Positions 1 through 9,413 are shown, counted from the stretch's first letter. The stretch: DNA of 64,000 bases from Phorcysia thermohydrogeniphila (GCF_004339575.1 NZ_SMFV01000001.1:175119-239118); one strand, 5' to 3'. The notes: a model not told the origin generated them from the sequence alone. Translations and numbers: made by a program.

Positions 1-229
1 TTTCCATAAATTTCTTATTGCACCTGCTACAGGTGAGCTCTACCTCACCCTCTATTCTACCTTTTACTCCGTAACCGACAGGCCTCTTATAGACCTCCAC
101 ACGGAGCTTAAAAGAGGTAGCAGAGCTCACCTCTTCTTTGGGGAGCTCTAAGAGTTTTGGCTGTATTTCAGTCTCAACCCTTATCGGCTCTCTAGCCGTA
201 ACCTCGTTAAGGTTAATTCTCCTCTTCAT
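1..229 (-). CDS. DUF177/YceD-like protein, N-terminal part; the gene continues beyond the window start
   Basis: Minus-strand ATG at 227-229 translates MKRRINLNEVTAREPIRVETEIQPKLLELPKEEVSSATSFKLRVEVYKRPVGYGVKGRIEGEVELTCSRCNKKF with no stop to the window edge. The CxxC motif and overall pattern recall the YceD/DUF177 family. Confidence 0.5.
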   Translation of the reverse strand, partial: MKRRINLNEVTAREPIRVETEIQPKLLELPKEEVSSATSFKLRVEVYKRPVGYGVKGRIEGEVELTCSRCNKKFME

Positions 230-328
230 GGCTTTAGCCTATGATAAGATTGCCTTGAAATTTGGAGGATAAAGTTATGCACGAATAGACACTTTTGCAA
301 ACCTTTAAACCTTTTACGGAGGAATACA

Positions 329-1180
329 ATGAGAAAAGTTCTACTCACCATACTTGCTCTTTTTGCACTTTCACTTCCTGCAAGCGCCAAGATAGTTGAT
401 TACATAGTCGCCGTTGTCAACGGAGAACCGATACTCTACAGCGAGCTGGTTGATTACGCCAAAGAAAACCGCATACCGGACTTAAGAGCAGCAAGGGATT
501 CACTTATTGAGAAGAAAATCCTGTTGACAGAGGCAAAGGAAGAAGGGTTAACGGTTTCAGACAAGGAAGTGGAGGAAGCCTTAAAGGACTTTATGAAGCA
601 GGGCGGGTTTAAAACGGAAGAGGAGCTAAAAAGAGCTCTAAAAGCCGAGGGACTTACCTTAGAAGATGTAAAGGAGAAGATAAGAGAACAGCTATTAGTC
701 GCTAAGCTCATAGCGAGAAAGGTAAAGTCAAAGGTCAAAGTCACAGACCTTGAAGTAGAGAAGGTATGCAGAAAAGAAAAGAGCTCCAGCGTGAGAGAGG
801 TCTACTACATATTTACAAAGGATAAGGGCAAAGCAGAGAAAGCTTTAGAAGTTTTAAAGGCAGGAGTTCCTTTTGAAAAAGTAGCCAAAGAGTACTCAGA
901 GGACCCAATCACGGCAAAGAAAGGTGGTTACCTTGGCGAAGTTAGGAAAGGCACGCTCATTAAGCCCTTAGATATAGCAGTCTGGAGCACGGAACCCGGT
1001 AGGTTCAATCTGGTTCAGACAAAAGACGGTTACTTCATCGTTTACGTTAAATCGCAAAAGAGCAAAGGCTGCGATAGGGAGAAAATCAGGCGGGAGCTCT
1101 ACATGAAGAAGTTTCAAGAAACTCTCAAGGCTTTCATTGATGAACTCAAGAAGAAAGCAAGCGTAAAGGTCTATATTTAA
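329..1180 (+). CDS. Periplasmic peptidyl-prolyl cis-trans isomerase, SurA-like (SurA N-domain plus one parvulin domain)
   Basis: GGAGG RBS 7 nt upstream of the ATG. N-terminal signal peptide MRKVLLTILALFALSLPASA. Parvulin-like C-terminal block (VREVYYIF...GGYLGEV...). K/E-rich chaperone-like N-domain. Confidence 0.75.
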   Translation: MRKVLLTILALFALSLPASAKIVDYIVAVVNGEPILYSELVDYAKENRIPDLRAARDSLIEKKILLTEAKEEGLTVSDKEVEEALKDFMKQGGFKTEEELKRALKAEGLTLEDVKEKIREQLLVAKLIARKVKSKVKVTDLEVEKVCRKEKSSSVREVYYIFTKDKGKAEKALEVLKAGVPFEKVAKEYSEDPITAKKGGYLGEVRKGTLIKPLDIAVWSTEPGRFNLVQTKDGYFIVYVKSQKSKGCDREKIRRELYMKKFQETLKAFIDELKKKASVKVYI

Positions 1181-1208
1181 GGATTCAAAAACCTTCCTTG
1201 GAGGAAAA

Positions 1209-2063
1209 GTGGTAGTAGTCAAGCTAAAGCCCCTTGAAGAGATTTTAGAAAAGTTAAGAGGCTTCAGGAGAGTCTTTATTTTTGGCTGTGAGCTCGGCTC
1301 TGGAAGGTGCAAGAACGGTGGACTGAGAGAAGCTCTGAAATTAGCAGGAAAGTTAGACGAGAAAGGATTTGAAATAGTAGGAATAACAAGCCCCGGAGGA
1401 ACGTGTGTTCTTGAAAAAGTAGACATAGTAAAAAAGGATAAAGCAAAGGCAAAGAAAAGAATCGTAGAGAACTTGATAAACAAGTTAGAGAAAGAAGTAG
1501 AAGAGATAAATAAATTACGGGAACTATCTAAACATGAGGGACTACTATCCAGACTCCTCAGGGAATATGTTCTTAAAGAGAAAGAAGAACACGTAGGATT
1601 GTTAAAAAAGGAACTTTCACCGTTACTATTACAATTGTCAGCGATAGAAGGATTATCAAAAGCCGATGTAATACTCTCCTTAGCCTGTGGAGCAGGAACT
1701 CAGCTCATAGCCGAAAATGTTGACATTCCCGTAATAACGGGTGTTACTACCCTTTTTATAGGTGCAGAGAGGGAAGGAAGATTTTTTAACGAGTACTGTA
1801 TAGCCTGTGGAGACTGCATCATCTCCGATACAGGTGGGATATGTCCCATAGCCCGCTGTCCAAAGTCCCTCACAAACGGACCCTGTGGCGGCGCTATTGA
1901 AGGACAGTGTGAAGTTGACAAGGAACTTCCCTGCATCTGGTACAGAATTGCAGAGAGAATGAAGAAGATAGGAACGTTTAATAGGTTAAAGGAAACTGTC
2001 CCTCTTAAAGATTACAGCAAGTCCGTATATCCCAGAAGGCTAATTCTGGAGGAGAAGTCTTGA
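1209..2063 (+). CDS. metV: MetV-like protein (methylene-THF reductase C-terminal-domain family, Zn-ribbon/Cys-rich)
   Basis: GTG start. C-terminal CIACGDCIISDTGGICPIARCPKSLTNGPCGG matches the MTHFR_C/MetV cysteine motif as I recall it from acetogen MetV. 4-nt overlap with downstream metF. Confidence 0.65.
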   Translation: MVVVKLKPLEEILEKLRGFRRVFIFGCELGSGRCKNGGLREALKLAGKLDEKGFEIVGITSPGGTCVLEKVDIVKKDKAKAKKRIVENLINKLEKEVEEINKLRELSKHEGLLSRLLREYVLKEKEEHVGLLKKELSPLLLQLSAIEGLSKADVILSLACGAGTQLIAENVDIPVITGVTTLFIGAEREGRFFNEYCIACGDCIISDTGGICPIARCPKSLTNGPCGGAIEGQCEVDKELPCIWYRIAERMKKIGTFNRLKETVPLKDYSKSVYPRRLILEEKS

Positions 2064-2947
2064 CCTTTGGAGAGAAGCTAAAAGCAGGAAAGTTCCTGAT
2101 AACGGCAGAAGTAGCTCCCCCAAGGGGAACAGACTGGAAAAGCGTTGTAAAGGGGATAGAACCCTTACGGGGAAAGGTAGACGCCTTTAACGTTACCGAC
2201 TGTCAGAGGTCAATGGTCAGGATGTCGGCCTTGGCCATGTCAAAGCTCCTCCTTGACAGTGGCTTTGACCCGATACTACAGCTTACCTGTAGAGACAGAA
2301 ACAGAATAGCCCTCCAGTCTGACCTTTTAGGTGCAGCAGCTTTTGGCATTAAGAACATCTGCCTGATGACAGGAGACTTTACGACCCTCGGAGACCAGAA
2401 GGACGCAAAACCTGTCTTTGACGTAGACTCAGTAGGGCTGATAGAGACGGCCAAAAGGCTTACAGAAGGATACCTCCTAAACGGTAAAGAGTTAAAGGGA
2501 GTCCCAGAGTTCTGTATAGGGGCAGTCTTTAATCCCTTTGCAGGGCCCTTTGAACTTCAGATTATGAAGCTGGAGAAGAAGATAAGGGCTGGAGCTCTCT
2601 TTATCCAGACCCAGCCAGTTTACGACGTGAAAGTGGCAGAGGAGGTTAATAGCCTCATATCGGAACTCGGAGCTGTCCCCATCATAGGACTACTTCCCAT
2701 TAAGAGCCTAAGGATGGCCAACTTTATGAAGAAACTCAACCCAACTTCTATTCCTGACTCCTTGGTAGAAGGGCTTGAAAAGGCCAATGACCCAGCAAAG
2801 TACGGCTGGGACTACATCATAGACTTAGCCCACGCCATTGCAGAGTTTGGAAGGGGCATTCACTTTATGCTTGTTGGAAAGACAGAAGAGCTTGCCTCCT
2901 TTATAGACTACTTAAGAAACCACGAAAGGTACAACCACAAGTTTTAG
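2060..2947 (+). CDS. metF: 5,10-methylenetetrahydrofolate reductase
   Basis: 295-aa ORF with typical MetF TIM-barrel blocks (FLITAEVAPPRG, NVTDCQ, LQLTCRD, CLMTGD). Coupled to metV. Confidence 0.85.
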   Translation: MTFGEKLKAGKFLITAEVAPPRGTDWKSVVKGIEPLRGKVDAFNVTDCQRSMVRMSALAMSKLLLDSGFDPILQLTCRDRNRIALQSDLLGAAAFGIKNICLMTGDFTTLGDQKDAKPVFDVDSVGLIETAKRLTEGYLLNGKELKGVPEFCIGAVFNPFAGPFELQIMKLEKKIRAGALFIQTQPVYDVKVAEEVNSLISELGAVPIIGLLPIKSLRMANFMKKLNPTSIPDSLVEGLEKANDPAKYGWDYIIDLAHAIAEFGRGIHFMLVGKTEELASFIDYLRNHERYNHKF

Positions 2948-2961
2948 GGAGGAAAACTTAC

Positions 2962-3648
2962 ATGAACGACCTGCCGGTGCACGTCGGCATAATAATGGAT
3001 GGAAACGGTAGGTGGGCAAAGAGGAGAGGGCTTCCAAGGATTGAGGGTCACAGGAAAGGAGCTGAGGTAACTGAGAAGATAGTTATAGCCGCAAGCAGGC
3101 TTGGGATAAAGTACCTCTCTCTCTACGCTTTTTCAACAGAAAACTGGAAAAGGCCAAAGGAAGAAGTTGAGTTTCTCTTCCACCTAATGTACGAGTACGT
3201 GAAAAGTAAGCTCCAGCTTTTCCTTGATAACAACGTAAGCTTTAGGGCTATGGGAAGGCTTCATCAGCTCCCCGAATACCTTCAAGAAGGTTTTAAGGAA
3301 ATAGAGGAAGAAACTCGCCACTGCACCGGCATGACGGCTGTCTTTGCCGTTAACTACGGAGGAAGGCAGGAGATTATTGACGCAGTTAACAGGGCACTAA
3401 AGGCAGGAGAAAAGGAGATAAACGAAGAAGTAATAAGGAGATACCTCTACATTCCAGAACTCCCCGACCTTGACCTTCTCATAAGGACGAGCGGGGAGTT
3501 AAGGATTTCCAACTTCCTCCTCTGGCAGTCGGCCTACACGGAGCTCTGGTTCACTAAAACCCTCTGGCCAGACTTCACAGAAGAAGAGTTCTTGGCTGCC
3601 ATTGAAGACTACAAGAGGAGAGAACGCAGGTTCGGCGGTCTAAAATGA
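2962..3648 (+). CDS. uppS: Undecaprenyl-diphosphate synthase (cis-isoprenyl transferase)
   Basis: HVGIIMDGNGRWAKRRGLPRIEGH and ...NYGGRQEI... plus the RxSNFLLWQ signature of UppS. Confidence 0.9.
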   Translation: MNDLPVHVGIIMDGNGRWAKRRGLPRIEGHRKGAEVTEKIVIAASRLGIKYLSLYAFSTENWKRPKEEVEFLFHLMYEYVKSKLQLFLDNNVSFRAMGRLHQLPEYLQEGFKEIEEETRHCTGMTAVFAVNYGGRQEIIDAVNRALKAGEKEINEEVIRRYLYIPELPDLDLLIRTSGELRISNFLLWQSAYTELWFTKTLWPDFTEEEFLAAIEDYKRRERRFGGLK

Positions 3649-4397
3649 GAGAAAGGCTCATAGGTGCGCTACTTGTTGTAACTTACGCTTTAACTATGGT
3701 CTTAGCTCCTAAAGATTTCTACATCTCCTTAGTTTACCTCCTCGGTATAGGAATGGTGGCAGAGCTCTTTGCAATATCCAGAATGGAGAGCGCCAAAACG
3801 GCAGCTGCTGTTATTTTTTCAATCCTCTACTTTGCAGGGATACACATCCCCCACATCTCCTTCCTGATTCCCTCGGCAGGAATTCTCTTTCTATTCAGCT
3901 ACTTCATACTAATAGAGGGAAAGGTTCCGGAAAAGTTTTTGGTAACTGCTGGGTTCTTTATATACTTGAGCATGGGAGTTATAGCCATAGGGAAACTTTC
4001 TAAGGAGCTCTTCATACTCCTCCTCAGCATCGTCTGGTCGGTTGATACCTTTGCCTACTTAGTAGGCAAGTATTTCGGCAAACACAAGCTAATACCGGAA
4101 ATTAGCCCTAAAAAAACCGTTGAAGGAGCCGTTGGCGGCACAGTTGGAGGAGTAATTACTGGAAGCCTCATCGGGAACCACTTGGGAGTTCTTGAGTTCT
4201 CCGTGCTCACATTTTTTATACTTGCCACTCTAACAGCTATATCGCAGATTGGAGACCTACTTGAGAGCTTTATTAAAAGGTTCTTTGGAGTCAAGGATTC
4301 TGGCAATCTAATCCCCGGACACGGAGGACTTCTTGACAGACTTGACAGCAGCTTAGCAGTTGCTCCATTCTTAGTCATCATTGGAGGTCTGCAGTGA
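3645..4397 (+). CDS. cdsA: Phosphatidate cytidylyltransferase
   Basis: Polytopic membrane protein with the C-terminal CTP-transferase signature SPKKTVEGAVGG...GDLLESFIKR..KDSG..IPGHGG.LDR.DS. 4-nt overlap with uppS. Confidence 0.85.
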   Translation: MRERLIGALLVVTYALTMVLAPKDFYISLVYLLGIGMVAELFAISRMESAKTAAAVIFSILYFAGIHIPHISFLIPSAGILFLFSYFILIEGKVPEKFLVTAGFFIYLSMGVIAIGKLSKELFILLLSIVWSVDTFAYLVGKYFGKHKLIPEISPKKTVEGAVGGTVGGVITGSLIGNHLGVLEFSVLTFFILATLTAISQIGDLLESFIKRFFGVKDSGNLIPGHGGLLDRLDSSLAVAPFLVIIGGLQ

Positions 4398-5383
4398 GAA
4401 TAGAGATAGGACACGGTAGTGGTGGAAGGCTTACTCGCGAGCTTATAGAGAAAGTATTCCTAAAGCACTTTGACACTCCAGAGCTAAAACCCCTACAGGA
4501 CGCATCGTGCATCTCTATAAGCGCAGAATCAATAGCCATAACTACAGACTCCTACGTCATTAGACCCCGCTTCTTCCCCGGCGGCAACATAGGGAAACTC
4601 AGCATCTGTGGAACAGTTAACGACTTAACAGTAAGCGGTGCAATACCTAAGTACATATCTGTTGGGTTCATACTTGAAGAAGGACTTCCCTTAGAAGAGT
4701 TAGAGAAAATCGTTGAAAGCATGGCAGAAACGGCCAAAAGAGCAGGAGTAAAAATAGTTACCGGCGACACGAAAGTAGTTGAAAGCGGAAAGTGCGACGG
4801 CATATACATAAACACAACTGGCGTAGGCGAGGTTGTAAGAGAGCTCTCTCCTCAGAATTCTGAACCCGGAGACGTTGTAATCGTAACCGGCTACGTAGGA
4901 GACCACGGAACGGCTATCTCCTTAGCGAGGGAAAACTTTGAAATTGAAACGCAAATTAAGAGCGACTGCGCCCCTCTTAACTCACTCCTTACACCACTCT
5001 TTGAGCTTGACGGCCTTCGTTGGATGAGGGACCCGACGAGGGGAGGACTTGCAACTGCACTGATTGAGTTTTCAGAAAGCGCTGGGGTAGGCGTCAAACT
5101 CTACGAGGAAAAGATACCGATAAGAGAAGAAGTTAAGTTCATCTCTGAGATGATAGGATACGACCCTCTGTACCTTGCAAATGAAGGAAAGGCAGTAATT
5201 ATCGTAAGTAAAAAAGACGCTGAGAGAGCTCTTGAAATCTTAAAGTCCCACCCATTGGGCAAAGATGCCGAAATAATAGGTGAAGTAACGGAAGACTTTA
5301 AAGGAGTAAGGTTAATAACTTCCATAGGTGGAGAAAGGCGGCTTGAACTCCTTGAAGAGGACCCCTTGCCGAGGATTTGCTAA
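4394..5383 (+). CDS. hypE: Hydrogenase maturation protein HypE (carbamoyl dehydratase, AIR-synthase-related)
   Basis: GTG start overlapping the cdsA stop. N-terminal IGHGSGG, PurM-like fold and the diagnostic C-terminal PRIC motif. Confidence 0.9.
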   Translation: MRIEIGHGSGGRLTRELIEKVFLKHFDTPELKPLQDASCISISAESIAITTDSYVIRPRFFPGGNIGKLSICGTVNDLTVSGAIPKYISVGFILEEGLPLEELEKIVESMAETAKRAGVKIVTGDTKVVESGKCDGIYINTTGVGEVVRELSPQNSEPGDVVIVTGYVGDHGTAISLARENFEIETQIKSDCAPLNSLLTPLFELDGLRWMRDPTRGGLATALIEFSESAGVGVKLYEEKIPIREEVKFISEMIGYDPLYLANEGKAVIIVSKKDAERALEILKSHPLGKDAEIIGEVTEDFKGVRLITSIGGERRLELLEEDPLPRIC

Positions 5384-6145
5384 ATGGAGACTTTTGGGGA
5401 GCTCCTTATAGTTACCCTCTCTTACCTCCTTATACTGGCCGTAGTTCTATTAGACAGGAAATTTGAAATAGGTCTGTGGAGGGAGCTCCTAACTTCCTCA
5501 GTTCTCTCACTAATTCAGCTCATTGGTGTAGGCTTTGTAATCCTCTTCCTCTTTAAGCTACAGCTAAAAGCGGTTTACCCTCTGTTTATCCTCCTCTTTT
5601 ACGTAAATGCCGCAATAATCTCAACCAAGAGGTTCACGTTCAAGGGATACAGCAAAAGAACAGGGTTCTTAATATCGTTCATATCAATTGCCTCAATCTC
5701 CTCTGTGTCCCTCCTGTTCCTTTTTTTGAGCGGAATTTTGAAAATAAAAGCAAACAGCATCATACCCTTGGCCGGAATAGTCACAGCAGCCGGAATGAGG
5801 AGCCTGTCCTTAGCCTTTAAGTACTACGCCACGAGGCTAAAGGACCTTGAGGATATTATCGTTTCTATGGCAGCGCTGGGAGCCTCAGACACGCAAATTT
5901 TTAAGTTCATCTTCAGGGAAATTATAAACGACGTAACAATTCCCACGAGGGATATGCTCCGCTCTGCAGGTATAGTCCACATACCGGGAGTAATGGTGGG
6001 ACTGCTCTTAGCTGGAACGTTACCGCTAAAGGCTGCTGTAATTCAGTTTGCCATTCTCGCTACAATGATATTTCAGTTCTTTTTCGTACCGAGCTTAGCC
6101 CTCTTCACCCTGATTGCAACGTGTGGCCTTAAAATTGAAAAGTAG
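5384..6145 (+). CDS. UPF0014/FetB-like ABC-type permease (integral membrane protein)
   Basis: 253-aa polytopic membrane protein of a size typical for the YbbM/FetB family, with an IPLAGIVTAAGMRS-like block. Inserted between hypE and hypD. Family assignment is from memory and is weak. Confidence 0.45.
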   Translation: METFGELLIVTLSYLLILAVVLLDRKFEIGLWRELLTSSVLSLIQLIGVGFVILFLFKLQLKAVYPLFILLFYVNAAIISTKRFTFKGYSKRTGFLISFISIASISSVSLLFLFLSGILKIKANSIIPLAGIVTAAGMRSLSLAFKYYATRLKDLEDIIVSMAALGASDTQIFKFIFREIINDVTIPTRDMLRSAGIVHIPGVMVGLLLAGTLPLKAAVIQFAILATMIFQFFFVPSLALFTLIATCGLKIEK

Positions 6146-6147
6146 AG

Positions 6148-7206
6148 GTGGAGGAAGTGGTGAAGGGAAGAATAAAAGAACTTGTAGAGGCAATTCATAA
6201 GCTCGCCCCAAAAGGGAAAAAAGTGAAAATTATGAACGTCTGTGGCTCTCACGAGCACACGATAACGGTAAGTGGAATGCGCTCACTGATGCCCGAAAAC
6301 ATAGAGCTCGTCCCCGGCCCCGGCTGTCCTGTGTGCGTCTGCTCTGAGAGCGACATAATAAACGCAATAAACCTCTCTAAAAGGGATGATACCATCCTCG
6401 TAACCTACGGGGACATGCTGAGAGTTCCCACAAGGATGGGTTCAATAAGGAGCAACGGTGGAAACTACAGGATGGTCTCTGCACCCCACGAGGTTTTAAG
6501 GATAGCTAAGGAAAATCCCGATAAAAACGTTGTTTTCTTCTCTATCGGCTTTGAGACAACCACAGCTCCAACAGCTGCTCTAATAGAAATGGGACTTCCA
6601 GAAAACGTAACTATACTCACATCCCAGAAGTTAACTCCAGAAATAATGGAAGTTTTAGTAAAAGACTCCGAAGTTGGTGTTGACGCCTTTGTAGCTCCGG
6701 GTCACGTATCGGCAATAGTTGGAGCAAACGCTTGGAGAGTATTTCCGGAAAAGTACGGCATACCAACAGTAGTCGCAGGCTTTGAACCTGACAACTTACT
6801 CTTAGCAATCCTCAAAATATTGATTCAGCTCAGAGAAAATAGAGCAGAACTTGAAAACGTTTATAGAGGAGTAGTTAAACCCGAAGGGAACAGAAAAGCA
6901 CAGGAGCTAATGTACAAGTACTTTGAAAAGGCAGACGTAAACTGGAGAGGAATAGGAAGAATTCCAAAGTCTGGCCTTGAGCTAAAGGAAGAGTACTCCC
7001 ATATTAACGCAAAGAAGGTGTTTAACTTGCCGGAGGTTGAAGAGGAGAAAGTCCCCGGCTGTATCTGCGATAAGATAGTTCTCGGAAAAGCCTATCCCAA
7101 GGACTGTAAGCTCTTCGGAACAGCCTGCACCCCCTCAAACCCCAAAGGCCCCTGTATGGTCTCCGGGGAAGGTGCGTGTAACATCTGGTACAGGTTTAAC
7201 CAGTAA
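6148..7206 (+). CDS. hypD: Hydrogenase maturation protein HypD
   Basis: CGSHEHT, GPGCPVCVC, FETT and C-terminal CPVC-type motifs characteristic of HypD. Confidence 0.9.
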   Translation: MEEVVKGRIKELVEAIHKLAPKGKKVKIMNVCGSHEHTITVSGMRSLMPENIELVPGPGCPVCVCSESDIINAINLSKRDDTILVTYGDMLRVPTRMGSIRSNGGNYRMVSAPHEVLRIAKENPDKNVVFFSIGFETTTAPTAALIEMGLPENVTILTSQKLTPEIMEVLVKDSEVGVDAFVAPGHVSAIVGANAWRVFPEKYGIPTVVAGFEPDNLLLAILKILIQLRENRAELENVYRGVVKPEGNRKAQELMYKYFEKADVNWRGIGRIPKSGLELKEEYSHINAKKVFNLPEVEEEKVPGCICDKIVLGKAYPKDCKLFGTACTPSNPKGPCMVSGEGACNIWYRFNQ

Positions 7207-7218
7207 AGGAGGAACACT

Positions 7219-9048
7219 ATGTTCAAATTCCTTGGCTTTGGAGGAAAGAAGAGCGAAAAGAAGAAGGTTGAAAAAGAGACAAAAGAGAAACCCTTAAACA
7301 GGAGAGCCTTTGATAGGTACGCCGTAGAAGGCTTAGGGGCTGTAAATAACATCTCAAAGGGAGGCTGTGAACTAAAGAAGGAAAACTACGAGGAGGTAAA
7401 GAGCGAACTATTAGAGGTGGAAATAGGTGGAGAAAAGGTTAAGTCTATCGTCGTTGAGGACAGGGCAACCTGTATTCACCTCAAGTTTATGGAGGAGTTT
7501 AAGAACAAGGAGCTCCTAAAGAAACACGTTAAAAGGTTAAAGGAGTACGAAAAGCCAGAAGAAAAGCCAAAGATAGACTTTCAGAGTTTTGAGGAGGGAA
7601 ATTCAGAGCTTAAGGTGATTATAAACCTGCTCTCAGAGATAAATAACCCCAACACGACTACGGAAAAGTTAACAAACTACATAGAGAAACTCCCAAAGGT
7701 TAAAGAGGCCGTTTTAAGGGTTGCAAACAGCGTAGAGTCGGCAGCCAAGGAGAAGATAACCTCCCTAACAACAGCAATAGCAAGGATTGGATTTGAGAGG
7801 CTAAAAGAGGTTGTAAGGAGCACGATAGTAAAGGAGCTCTCCTTTGAAAATAAGGATCTTCCAAACTTTGAACACCTTGAAAGCTTTAGCGTCCTAAAGT
7901 CAACCTTCCTAACCGAAATTCTCCCTTATACCACCTTTAGGGATACAGGAAACGAGGCAAGACTCCTTTTTACAAGCGAAACGACTCCCCTCTCCTTTTT
8001 CACAAAGCTAAATGAGGACTTTAAGAAGTTCTACACCTCAGTAAACAGGCTCTACTCCCCTTACTCCCGCTACTTAGAAAGGCTTCACTTTGGAACGGAC
8101 TTTCTAAAACTTGGAAAAGAATTCATAGTTGAGTACTCAGACCTTTTCAAGTACCTATACGACGGCTACATCCTTGCCCACCTATACCTATACCCTTCGC
8201 TGAATTTACCAGAGGATTTAAAGATATCCCTCAGCAGGAGAAAACTTGACTTTAGCTACATCTCCTACCTTACCTTCCTGACAGTCCTTGCCATCGTAGG
8301 AAGGGACAAGAAAAGCGCCTACATACTCTTAGGCAGGCTCAAAAGGCTCGGAATGAGCGCCGATAAGGCCATGGAATTCCTGTCAACCGTCGTTGAAAAC
8401 GCAAACGATGCTCTCTACCACATGGGACTCAGAAGAAGCCTCAGGATGTTCTCCTACCCAAGCCGTTCTGTAAGGGCCCAAAGGATATTCCCCGTCAGGG
8501 ACAACATCTACTTTAAGTACTTAGTAGAGAGGGTTTCCTCTGCTAAAAGGAGGCTTGTCCTAAGGCACGAGGACAGAACCTTTACGGGATACATACCGTA
8601 CATCATCCTAAACGCAGAGGAGTTTGGCTTTAGGAATAAAGCCTTCTGCATAATTCCCTGTGAGAACCTCAGCGACTCAGAAATTGACCCAGAGGACTTT
8701 TCCAGCTTTGACATTATCGTTTTTAGGAACGTAGACCTTTTACCCGAAGAGCTCCTCAAAGACTTTGAAAAAATCTGGAAGGGCTTTGAGGGTACAGTTA
8801 TCTGCACCTACTCCACCTACTCCTTCTTAGACTGGGAAAAGCCGGAGCTCCACAGAATTTTAAGGGAGTACGTGGTGGATATCCCCTCCTTCTTATACGA
8901 AACAAAAAACCACGAGTTTATGGTTGAAAGGGTTAAGGAGGAACTGGAGGAGGTCTTAGGCAGGAGCTCCTTTGACAGAAGTTTGATTTTTGTTAATGAA
9001 ACTACAGAGAGGGTGATTTATTCTTACCTTAAAACCTTTAAGCTTTAG
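7219..9048 (+). CDS. PilZ-domain plus HDOD-domain signalling protein (putative c-di-GMP receptor) with an uncharacterised ~350-aa C-terminal region
   Basis: N-terminal RRAFDR...NNISKGG matches the PilZ RxxxR / (D/N)xSxGG c-di-GMP-binding motifs. LKVIINLLSEINNPNTTTEKLTNYIEKLPKVKEAVLRVANS matches the HDOD consensus (...DP.l.a.vLrlANS). RBS AAGGAGG 5 nt upstream. Confidence 0.6.
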   Translation: MFKFLGFGGKKSEKKKVEKETKEKPLNRRAFDRYAVEGLGAVNNISKGGCELKKENYEEVKSELLEVEIGGEKVKSIVVEDRATCIHLKFMEEFKNKELLKKHVKRLKEYEKPEEKPKIDFQSFEEGNSELKVIINLLSEINNPNTTTEKLTNYIEKLPKVKEAVLRVANSVESAAKEKITSLTTAIARIGFERLKEVVRSTIVKELSFENKDLPNFEHLESFSVLKSTFLTEILPYTTFRDTGNEARLLFTSETTPLSFFTKLNEDFKKFYTSVNRLYSPYSRYLERLHFGTDFLKLGKEFIVEYSDLFKYLYDGYILAHLYLYPSLNLPEDLKISLSRRKLDFSYISYLTFLTVLAIVGRDKKSAYILLGRLKRLGMSADKAMEFLSTVVENANDALYHMGLRRSLRMFSYPSRSVRAQRIFPVRDNIYFKYLVERVSSAKRRLVLRHEDRTFTGYIPYIILNAEEFGFRNKAFCIIPCENLSDSEIDPEDFSSFDIIVFRNVDLLPEELLKDFEKIWKGFEGTVICTYSTYSFLDWEKPELHRILREYVVDIPSFLYETKNHEFMVERVKEELEEVLGRSSFDRSLIFVNETTERVIYSYLKTFKL

Positions 9049-9059
9049 GAGGAAAGAGT

Positions 9060-9413
9060 ATGAGGATAGCCATACCGGTAGACGAAAGTGGAAAGGTTGT
9101 CAGCATGTTCGGTTCAGCTCCTGCTTTCTTAATAGTTGACACGGAAAAGGGTGAAAAGGAAACCGTTCCCAACCTTAACAGCTGTGGTGGGTGTAGCGTC
9201 GGCTGCAGTGGAGGAAAGAGCCCTGCAGACCTTTTAGCCGAGAACAACGTTGACGTCCTCTTAATAGAGAAACTCCCAAAAGAGCCCTTTATGAAGCTTG
9301 CAAGAAGGGGAATTGTCGTTTACCAGCTCCCAACAGATGTTAAAAGTGCCGACGAGGCTGTAGAACTCTTTAAAAAGAAAGAGCTAAAGGTTCTCTACCT
9401 TCCCGCCAGTTAA
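9060..9413 (+). CDS. Dinitrogenase FeMo-cofactor-biosynthesis-domain (NifX/NifB C-terminal-like) small protein
   Basis: MRIAIPVDESGKVVSMFGSAPAFLIVD... is typical of PF02579-type proteins. Carries an unusual Cys-rich insert CGGCSVGCSGG. GGAGG RBS. Confidence 0.6.
   Translation: MRIAIPVDESGKVVSMFGSAPAFLIVDTEKGEKETVPNLNSCGGCSVGCSGGKSPADLLAENNVDVLLIEKLPKEPFMKLARRGIVVYQLPTDVKSADEAVELFKKKELKVLYLPAS

Noticed and set aside
454-1483. Minus-strand ORFs 454..744 and 968..1483 inside surA/metV
   Set aside because: Antisense shadow ORFs of K/E-rich genes. They have Ser/Phe-rich low-complexity translations and no RBS.
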